The notes under the pieces: model-generated | The model's input: only the letters and a program-made list of their open reading frames with translations | The model's database searches: none | Told to the model about the DNA's origin: nothing | Assembly (NCBI GenBank): GCA_951406725.2 | Contig: OX597819.1 | Span: forward strand, 98,332,001 to 98,396,000 | From: Octopus vulgaris | Lineage: Eukaryota | DNA length: 64,000 bases | Direction: 5' to 3' | Made by a program: the position numbers and the translations under genes | Shown: piece by piece, positions 40,401-51,655 of the stretch | How positions within the stretch are numbered: position 1 is the stretch's first letter | Layout: each line of letters opens with the position of its first letter

Positions 40401-43400
40401 GCAAGTGATAAATCATTAAACAGTTCCCAGTTATTTTTAACATTGAAGTAATGTAATCAGGACTTAAAAAGGTTAATTACAATTGATCTCAGGAAAACTT
40501 AAAACAATTTACAGATTTTTCACACAATATATTCTGTAGTCCAAAAATGCTCAGCCACTATTCTAGTGATAATTATTTCGTACATTATCAGATTTTTTTA
40601 ATAAAACATATTATATGGTTAAATGGTTGTCAAGTTAAGGTAGTTAACCATCTACTACATGGTTATAAGTCCAGATCTTATGGATCTTTTCGGTTTGAAC
40701 GGCAGTTTTTTAAAATAATTTCCATGTAACTAAACACTTAAAATTTCGTATACTAGTAGAATATGTTTATAAAACATCTTTTTCTCTTGGCTTTATTGAG
40801 AAAATTCTATAGTTTGTAAGATATTTGTTGTTTTTTTTCTTCAATTTCTGCAATTTCAACCAATCAATGACTTCTATTGGGGTGAAAACATTCTGTGCCG
40901 TATGAATATGTCCCTCGTTTAAGAAACAGATTGGGTTTATTTACATTTCTGAAGAAAAAAAGATACCCTTCCCCCTAACCCTAACCCTAAAATGCAATAG
41001 ATCGATACTAGGGTTATAATTATGGGTGACAATTTCATATGACACCGCTAGAAAAAACTGCCGTTCAAACCGAAAAGATCCGATCTTACTGCTAAAACTT
41101 ACACCATAGCTTTCGAAAGGACAACCTGTAATATGATAAGGGAGATAACTCTGCAAGTTAGCGTCAACTTCCCCAAAGGTAAAACTACTGAGACTGACAT
41201 GAATATAGAATGAAAACGACATTATCTTAGATGTGAGATGACTGTCACAACTTCTACTTCTTCAATTTATAACACTATGAATTAAAGTAATCAAGTATTC
41301 TATACCACAACAAAAATGCAGCAAAATTATAAACTCACCACCAGGTAAACCGGGTACAGGTTCCAGAAGATTCTCATTTTCTATATCTTCCTTCTTCATT
41401 AAAGTCTGTTGAGCCTGAGATCTTCCCCATTTAATGTTCAAACGTCGGCCAAGGATGATGAGTTTATTGAATGAACGTTCTGCAGCCAATTCTGCAGCAG
41501 AACGGCTTGTAAACTGAACAAATGCACAATGTTGCTTACTGACCACGTTGATAGAACGGATTTCTCCAAACTGATAGAAATGGTCCCTGGATAAGGAAAA
41601 CATAAAACAATCAAACCAAAATAGAGATTTATAATATAGACGTGTACATATTTAGAATATATATATATATTGATGTAGAGAATCGATTGGTTTTACACCT
41701 GTTATTCCATGCTGACATAGTTTAGATGTAAATTGTCTAGAGCCAAACACTCCTCCTGTCGCCATTCGACAAGGTGTCACATAGCAGGACTGAACCTGGA
41801 AATACATGGGTGCAAAGCAAAATCTGTAGGAACACAGCCATAGATGCACCAATATTTCATAACTGCACAGCTACTCCTGCATCTGTAATGCGTATGTATA
41901 TACTCAGATATAGAAGCATATACATGTGTAGATGAGGGATTAATGTAGTTGGTGTTTAGTAGGAATATCTTTGGGTTGACGTCTGTAGGGAAACTGTTGG
42001 TCATTAGGAAGTGAAGGTTTAAGTGTATTTCGTGGGCATCAGACAGGTTACATGTGAGTAGGACTAGGTGGAAAAATCTCTGGGTCTGATACAATTGTAT
42101 AACTTCATCATACACAGAACGTCTATTACAGTATGCCTGTCTGTCTGCAGATACTAGCACCAGTATCTCATGCACTTTATGAAAAACCTTACAAAAATTG
42201 TGTCAAACAATAGGAAAATGAAGATAAGATTTAACGGCTTGACTTGATTGCCTTGACTGGCTTCCATGCTGGTGGCACATAAAAAGCACCAACCGATTGC
42301 GGCCGTTGCCAGCCAGCTCTGGCCCCTGTGCCAGTGGTACGTAAAAAGCACCCACTACACTCTTGGAGTGGTTGGCGTAAGAAAGAGCATCCAGCTGTAG
42401 AAACACTGCCAGATCAGACTGGAGCCTGGTGCAGCCTCCTGGCTTCCCAGATCCCAGTCAAACCGTCCAACCCATGCTAACATGGAAAACGGACGTTAAA
42501 CAACGATGACAATGACGATGATGATGAAAAGAGACTTACCTCAGTTCTTTTTCTGCAATACGGACACCAAGGTTTCCAACATATAATGTTGTGATAGTTT
42601 TATCTTCAGGTGGCTCCAGTTTGGGCATGGTTGCATACCTCTTGATCAGCTTATCAGCTACAGGATCATTAAGGCCATAGTATCTGTCTTTAATGTTTTG
42701 ATCAGCCAGTGGATCATTGGGATCAGTGGGCTTTTCATGTCTACAAATGGATAGAAGAAAACAAATTATTCAACCAATTTCAATACATAATGTTGTGATC
42801 AGCTGAAGAACCATTGAACTTTTATTGATTGAGGACTTGTATACACAGGTGAGTGATGTAATGCACAGACAGGAGTATAAAATATAATGTATCCACAACT
42901 GTTGTGTAGTGTATAGCATACACCCAGGTGTGTTGCATGCAGGGTATAGTGTATACACAGGTGTATCCCTTGTATGGTGTATAAACAGGTGTGTTGTGTA
43001 CAGGTGTTACATGATGGTATAGTGTATATGCAAATGTGTTATGTACCTGATATAGTGGACATATAAATGTTGCATGTAGAATATAGCATATAGATGGGTG
43101 TGTTGTGTGCAGAGTATCATTTATATATAAGTGTATTGTGTGTTGAATATAGTATATACATAAATGAGCTGTGTGTATAATATATTGTATATAGAGGTGT
43201 GTTATGAGTAGAATATAAATACACATAGGTAGTGATGTGCAGGTGGTGTATACAAAGATGAGTTGCATGTAAGACAGTGTATAGCATATAGTCAACACAG
43301 ATGTGTGTGAGTGTAGGATTCAGTGTATATATAGATGCATTGTATGTAGACTATAGTATGTTGTGTGTAGAATATAGGGATGCATTATGTGATGCTACAT

Positions 43401-46400
43401 AATAGTGAATGCAGAGGGTTTTATGAAAACTAGGGAAAAATGTAGCAAGCTTCTTCCTCTGAATGTGTTATGTGAATGCATGTGAATAGCAGTGGACAAA
43501 CTGAGAGAAAAACTGAATATGAGAAATCAGACGTAATATGTAAGGGAGAAGACTGCACTGGTGTGGACACATGCTGCTTACTGAGGATGGCAACTGTATG
43601 AAAAAGTGTCACTATCTCAAAGGGAACGAAACTTGTGACAGAGGAAAACCAAGAAGGATTTTGGATGAAGTGATGAAGGACAGTGACAACTGGCAACATG
43701 TTGAGCTGAAGAAGACCTGACCACTTATGCAAGCATGGTGAAAGGCGTTTGCCCATTTTGTACCAGCTAAGTTTCCACTTGCTATCCCTTTCACTTCTTG
43801 GATACTCTTTTATCTTTTGACCCCTCACCTGTTCACAACACTATGCTACCAGAGTAATGATGGAGAACTGCAGATTTGTTCGCATACAATCTCCATCACC
43901 ATTATCTGTACCTCTGCCGCTTGAGCAACAAGGGATTACATAATGTCCGTTACCATCCAGTACCTTCCCTAATTGACATTACTCTTTTATCATGACTATC
44001 CTGTCACTTGTACTCACCCTCATCAGCAAACATCAACCCTCTACTTTCCAGCCTCCCTCTCCCTTAATTCACAATTGACATCCATCATACCTTTAAATCT
44101 CAACCATTTTCATCACTATATCTCTCTCTCTGTCTTAGTCTCTCATTACTCTCTGCTATCATTCCATTTTCTTCTATACTACCACAGTTTTTCTCCTTTA
44201 CACTCATGCACCTTTCTCCATTTCACTCTAGTTCATTTCGTTTTCTCTTCCTTACTATCATTGCAACCACTTTGTTTACCTCTTCATTTTCAGGCCCCTT
44301 TCTTCCATGTTACTCTAACTTATATTCAGCAATCATCTATTCTACCTATTCTATTGATCACATTGCCTAGAACAAATGATGATGACATTAAACAAAGCAA
44401 ATCATTTTTTGTCTTGCATAGTACAAAGCAACCCCGCTAATTCTGGTACTACAACATAATGCACCCAATAAACTCTCTAAAGTAGCTGCAGAACAAATGG
44501 AGAAAACGTAGTGTCGAGAAGACCCTTTAGTGTTGTCCAATGACAATACAGAGATATTGCAAGTGAGAGGCATCAATTGACCAACTAGAAGAATAATAAT
44601 AGAGATATAGTTACCTGTAAGGACACTCTTCTCCACGTTTACACTCTCCTTTAACCCAGAAAGAACATATGTGTGGCCTGTTGCGTTTATAATAAGGCGC
44701 TGTCCTTGCCAATTTCAGTAACATGTCACTTGGAGCTGTAGCTTTGGCTAAAGCACCTGCTGCTGTGGTGCCATCGCTGTTATTGATCTGCAAAATATTA
44801 CATACAACACAAAATATCATCATCATCATTATCATCAACATTGGCAGTATATTACATGTTAGTGTGTGTAGGAAAAAAATTTGAGATGATTGAGAAGCAG
44901 AAATAGCCATGGTTCTTGGCATTAGCATAAACTGTGAAGAGTTTGAAGCAGATGTTTTACTTAGTATAATAATTAATATTTAACCCTGCTTAAAAGTGGA
45001 TACTGTGTTAGAACACATAATATTGTGACAGTTACAATGAGAGAAACTCATACTGGCTTTTGGTGCATATAAGCACTCTTGTTTATACTGCTAGAGGGGG
45101 GATAAATTACCTTCCCTGTTAGTGATGTAAACAGGAACTGAATACCAATATGAGAATTTTTCTCATGGCAACTATTGCAGTATTATATGTGGAGATAAAA
45201 CAGCTTCTGTAGCCCCATGTACAAGAGATTCCTTTTTCAGTAACACTTCTTGGTTCAATCACAGTGCAAGGTACACTGGGTAAGTATTTTCTCTCCTACA
45301 ATAGCATCAGATCATTGCAAGTCTCATGAGTAAAATTGGGTGTGTGGAAGTGGATACAGTGAAGAAACATGTCAGATTGATTTTACCTGTTCATGAGGTA
45401 AACTTAATCCTTCTCAAGGTTCGCTGCTGCTGCCATCAACATCACCAAACTGACTCTTTGAAACTTTAAGCAGAATCCACTGTTGTAGAGATTCAATGAT
45501 AAACTTCATCCCTCTCTTGGTTCAACACCACAAGTTGATCCTAGACAACTTTAACAGAGCCTATTCTTTTGTAAACATCTTAACCAAGTTCCTAGTCTGA
45601 GAATAAGCCTAATGTCATTTCTTCCTCCTTTTACCTCACAAGGCTCAGAGGGCCACAGGTACAGGTCCCCTCTCCAAATTGAAACCTTTTTAATTTAGAG
45701 TCACCACTGCCTTTCTTCTGCTGACTAAACCACAAAAAAAAAAACTTAAACTAACTTTATCATCAGTAATGATGATGATAATGATGATGATTTTTAGCAT
45801 AGGAACAAGGGGATAAATTTCAAGAAAATGGATAGATAAGGTTTAAGTGTGTCCCACTAAGAGAGGATTAAACAAAAAGTCAATCCCCTGATAGAATTTG
45901 AACACAGAATATAGGAAACATAACTAAATACTACAAAGTATTGTAGTCTAGCACATCTTTTATGCCACCAACCTTACTACAATACCAATAATGAATGACT
46001 TACCTCTCTTTCAATATTCTGAGTATAGTATTCTTTATTGACATCTGACTTAGGAATGTTATCTTGTAGTTTAAGAGCAGCATCTCGGACTTGCACAGGG
46101 AGACCTGCAAACACATAAAACATAGTATGCGTCACAATAGTGAATTTTGGTTTTATTGAATACAGATGTCATACCACATATACACACACATACAATATAT
46201 ACCATATAGACATGTATGTATACACACACATATATACCATATTAACATTTGCACACATTGACATATGCATCATCAAAATAAAGTACTTTGGTTTTATTTA
46301 TTTACTATATATTTACTAACTCTACAGATGCCATACAACATATAAACATGTATCATATTATATATTCACATCCCAAAACTGCATTTTATGTTTGGTTATG

Positions 46401-49400
46401 AAATTAAAACTGATCTTACTACAAACATTGTGTTGTGTCCCTGAGAAGGCACTGAACCCTGCTTTTTCCAGGTTGTCTTCATCACATATACACACATGCC
46501 TTTGTCAAGTCTTCTATGGGGCGCAGCATCATCTGATCTGACCTCACCACTACTTCTAAAGTCTCCCTCAACTAACAGCGCATCATCCAGTCACATCACA
46601 TCCATACCAATGCAGTTATCATTTCTGAATACATCAACTAATACAATTGACATTTTGCTTGACTTTCATGTAGGTTAACAGGACATGGAAAGAAACCCAG
46701 GAGACACAGCAAAATGACAAGTGTAGCCACAGAGCTGGCTTTGTTGCTGGTGAAGATAAGTTACAGTAAGTCTATGAAGGAAACATCTGTAGTGGCCAGC
46801 AACAGAGGGGTGAAGTCAATGTAGAATGATGTTGGAGTGGTGCAATAGTAGAAAGCCAAAAATTGGACCAAAATATAAATATATAAAATCTTTCCTAGTA
46901 TTTATGACATGAACTATCCCAAGGACAATAAAGTTGGCTTTTTTACTCTACAATATTTGTATTCAAGGCAGTTTTTCTTCATATCTGCTGTTACCTTAGC
47001 AAATATATAGAGTTGTGGAGTAAACATTATGAATAACATTTGATGGAACTGTAAATGCTTTACTATAGAAAGCTTTCTTTACATTCATCCCAAATCTCAG
47101 TCACTCTCACACACGCAAAGAAAAAAATAATGTACAGGTGAAAACAAAACCAACCGTAATCCAAATCCAAGAGACATGTCTGGCAAATATTCTTCAACTT
47201 GGAACAAGTCTGACACACTTCAGTTTTCTTGAACCTCATTCGGGCACCAGGACACCATCGAAACACGGTAAAAGGTCGTGCACATATCTTGCATTCCTTG
47301 CCATATTTTTCTTTCATCTGAATAAGAGGAAAATAAGGAGAACAGACATTTAGAACAACAAACCTGATTCTTTGGGACAAACTATTCAAAGCTATATTAT
47401 ATGAACCAACAAAGGAGTTTCCAAAGCAGCCAAAATTTCCCAAGGTAGAACCTATTGGATAATACAGTCCTAGATACATCATATCTAAATTCAAAGAAGA
47501 CTCCATACTTGGAACATCTTTGGTCCTAGATCTGTTGGATCAGAACTAATCTGAAGCTACAGTAGAGAAGTACACATTAGATAATATTGTCATAGACACA
47601 CTGAACCTAAGACAGGAAGGTCAAATGGACACAGTCAAAACACCATTTGATCATAGGTCTATTGGTCCTGAACTTGAACAACATAATCTACAGTAAACAA
47701 CAAGGGATCTTTTCGGTTTGAACAGCAGTTTTTAACATAATTTCTAGGTAACTAAAAAATTTTAAATTTCGTATACTGGTAGAATGTGTTTATAAAACAT
47801 CTTTTTCTCTTGGCTTTATCGAGAAAATTCTATAGTTTGTAAGATATTTGTTGTTTTTTTCTTCAATTTCTGCAATTTCAACCAATCAGTGACGTCTATT
47901 GAGTTAAAAAGCATTCTGTGCCATATGAATATGTCCCTCGTTTAAGAAACAGATTGGGTTTATTAAAATTTTTGTGAAGAAAAAAAGATACCCTTCCTCC
48001 ACCCCTAACCCTAACCCTAAAAGAGATTGAAATGCAATAGATCGATTCTAGGGTCATAATTATGGGTGACAATTTCATATGACAGCGCTAGAAAAAACTG
48101 CCGTTCAAACTGAAATGATCCACAACAAGTGTTCTACAATGTCATATAACACAGCATTATGCTATATCATACAAAAAACAACACATACTGCATATCACAC
48201 AACAAAGCACCACAGTCATCATCAACATCATCATTTAACATCCATGTTTCATGCTGGAGTGGGTGGGACAGTTTTACAGAATCTGACACTGGAGCACAGA
48301 ATCATGCTCCAGTGTCTGCTTTGACATGGTTTCTATGGCTGGATACCCTCATTAGGAATATTCTGGGTGTGATTTTGCATGGCACCAGCACTAGTGAGAT
48401 TGCCATTGCAGCTTGCAAGACTAAGATCTCCTTCAACTGAGTGGGGCTACAGTACAGAGGGAGATGTTTTTATGCTCAGAGATGACCATAAAGGGAGAAA
48501 GAGCCATAACAGAACAGGTTTCTTGCTGCAGAGGAGCTACATGACTACTCACATTTCAGAAAAGAGGGTGAAAGTGACCAGGGTGGAACTGGAAAGTGAT
48601 AAAATAGTGGTGATGAAGTTTCAGGATAGATCTTCCAAGGTACAAGGTGAATAGAAATAAATGAAGACAAAACAGAGTGTGTGGTGGAAAGAGACTGTAA
48701 AAGTGTATAGGGGAGTGAGAGATGGGGGAATGGGTTCATAGCAAATATAATGAATAACAGGGATTGAGGGGTGTTAAGTATGGAAGGTAGGGAGGAATAA
48801 GTGACAACTCTAGAAACTGAGTAGGGTTGAGTGTGGACATAGTGAGTGATGGATAAGGGTTAGGAGTGACCTACAATACATTTGAGTTGGAGAGAGGTGG
48901 ATTGAGTAGGTAATGACTAACAAGAGTTCCATAGTACACATTTTATGATATTGGTAATGTCTATGTCATAGACTTACGTAAAACAGTCTTATAATTAAGT
49001 GCAACAGAAATGTACTTGTACAGTTTTGTATGATGACTAACCAACAGTGATGTATTGGTATGGTGTAACATGATGAAACAAGAAGTTCACTTGATCTGCT
49101 TAATACAGCAGCCAAATATTCCTACTATCTTTAAAAAGAAGATAACATTGACCAAGGTTACTCAATAACAAAACAAACAAAACAAGTTAGTTGCAGAAAC
49201 AGGTTAGTCTCAGAAGTTGCAGCCAAATCTCCTTCAAGTCATACCTTAGTATCTTAAAGAAAGGATATATTGGACAATGCAATCCTTTAAACACAAAGGT
49301 GGGAATAATATACTGACAGATATCAGAAGAAATTTCACTGTTAATAGTCATAAATTAGCTTCCTTACCATTCTTATATAAGGATTGTCTCCAAGACATGT

Positions 49401-51355
49401 TTGACAGAGAACTGGAAATTCCTGGAAAAAAGAAAAAAGAATATCTTTAGATGAAAATGATCATCATATTCAAAATTTAGTGTCAATAAAAATTTTCATA
49501 AATCTACTTGAATTGATGAAAAAAAATTTTTTAAGTCAAATTATATTTGATTACCTGTTTCCAAGCAAGGTAATACCTTCCCATGGCCAGACATAGAAGA
49601 TGGGAAGCAAATGACAATGCTTGTACAAAACACATTTACAACTATTGCACAATGCCAAGAAAAGGAAACACAAAGACACACACACATACATATATATATA
49701 TGCCGAGTGCTATGCAAACATATTCACTGTTGAAAGTCAAAATGTACCATCTTCACCATCACTAACAGCAAACTCCATAACAACTATGGAATTTACACCT
49801 GCAATGCTGCGACGTCACCTTCAAAATAAGCGCAACTATGCCTCCCCTGGTCTCGATGGAGTTACATACCTGCTTCTCAAACGTGGCAGGCACTTCCTTT
49901 TACACCAGCTTTCTATTTTCTTCCAGTACTGTCTCAACAATGGTGCTACTCCGGAGCAGTGGAAAACTGCCAGTGTCATTCCTCTGTTCAAAAAGGGCGA
50001 CCGCACATCACCTGTCAACTATCGCCCAGTCAGTCTCACTAGCTGTATTGCAAAACTGATGGAATCGTGTGTCAGAGAAACACTCTGGAACTTCTGGAGC
50101 TCTCACAGTCTCATCCGACCCTCACAATATGGATTTGTCCCTAACTCCAGCTGCAGTGACCAGCTTGTCGAGTTCCTTGAGGACATTACTCAGATTACTG
50201 ACAGTGGCTCATGGGTGGATGTTGTCTACCTTGACTTTGCTAAGGCTTTCAACTCTGTGCCACACAAAAGGCTTATGGTGAAACTCTCTGCAATGGGTGT
50301 GGGGGATGACCTTTTTAACTGGTTGAAATCCTTCATCCTCAGCCGAAAGGAGGTAGTCACAGTTCTAGGACAGCACTCTACACCATATGAGATGTCATCG
50401 GGTGTACCACAGGGATCTGTCCTTGGCCCCCTCTTGTTTGTGGCATACATTAACGACATAGATGCCAATTTAAAGAATGCCACAGTATTGAAATATGCAG
50501 ACGACATCAAGCTGTACCTTGAAATCAAGAGGACAGATCCTGATGTCTACAACTCTTTCCTGCAATCAGACCTAGACACAATGCAGCAATGGATCACAGA
50601 CTGGCAACTGAAACTGGCTGTGGACAAGTGTACCACCATGCATTTTGGGAGAAAAAACCCTGCGTTCACATACTCCCTCCACAACACTGATATCAAGAAA
50701 TCCTCTTGCGAGCGTGACCTAGGCATCACTGTCAGCAGTGATTTGCGTTGGTCAAAGCATATCTCTAAGATTGTCAGGAAGGCCGAGGGTGTCTTGGCAT
50801 CACTCAGCAGGTCTTTTGTTAGCCGCTCTCCAGCCATCTATTTAAAACTGTATACAGCTATGGTACGACCACACTTGGAATTCGCATCATCAGTTTGGAA
50901 CCCCTATCTTGCACAGAACATTGACCTCCTGGAATCTGTCCAGAGACGTGCAACCAAACGCATACCCTCCATCAGACACCTACCATATTCTGAGCGCCTT
51001 GTTTCCCTGGGCATGGATTCACTGAAGCTCCGGCGTTTGGCGACGGACTTGGTAAACACCCACAAAGTTATCAACCACCTCACCAACAACAACACTGAAC
51101 ACCTTTTTGATCTCCATGTGTCTAACACACGTGGACATGCCTACAAAGTCAGAAAACAATACAGCTCCCATGACTTTCGGAAACATTTTTTCACGCTCAG
51201 AGTTGCTGAAGCATGGAATAAACTGCCTGCGTCAGTTGTTGACTGCCATGACACTGCATCTTTTAAGGCCCTCATGCTTTCCGAAATCCGCCGAAACTTC
51301 ACCTGATTATATATACACTTTAGATGAGTTGTAGTGCACCTGAGCACTGTACACA

Positions 51356-51399
<44 letters not shown>

Positions 51400-51614
51400 T
51401 ATACACACAGCAGACTTCTTTCATCATCATTACTTAACATTCACTTTCTATGCTGGCATGGGTAGGACGGTTTGACTGACGACTGGCAAGTCAGGAGGCT
51501 GCACCAGGCTCCAATCTGATTTGGCAAAGTTTCTACAACTGGATGCCCTTCCTAATGCCAACCACTCCGAGAGTGTAGTGGGTACTTTTTATATGCCACC
51601 AGCACGGGCCCATA

Positions 51615-51655
<41 letters not shown>

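Noticed and set aside
40966-40990. True telomere or fusion scar
   Set aside because: Only three CCCTAA units, and they are an internal part of a MITE present twice.
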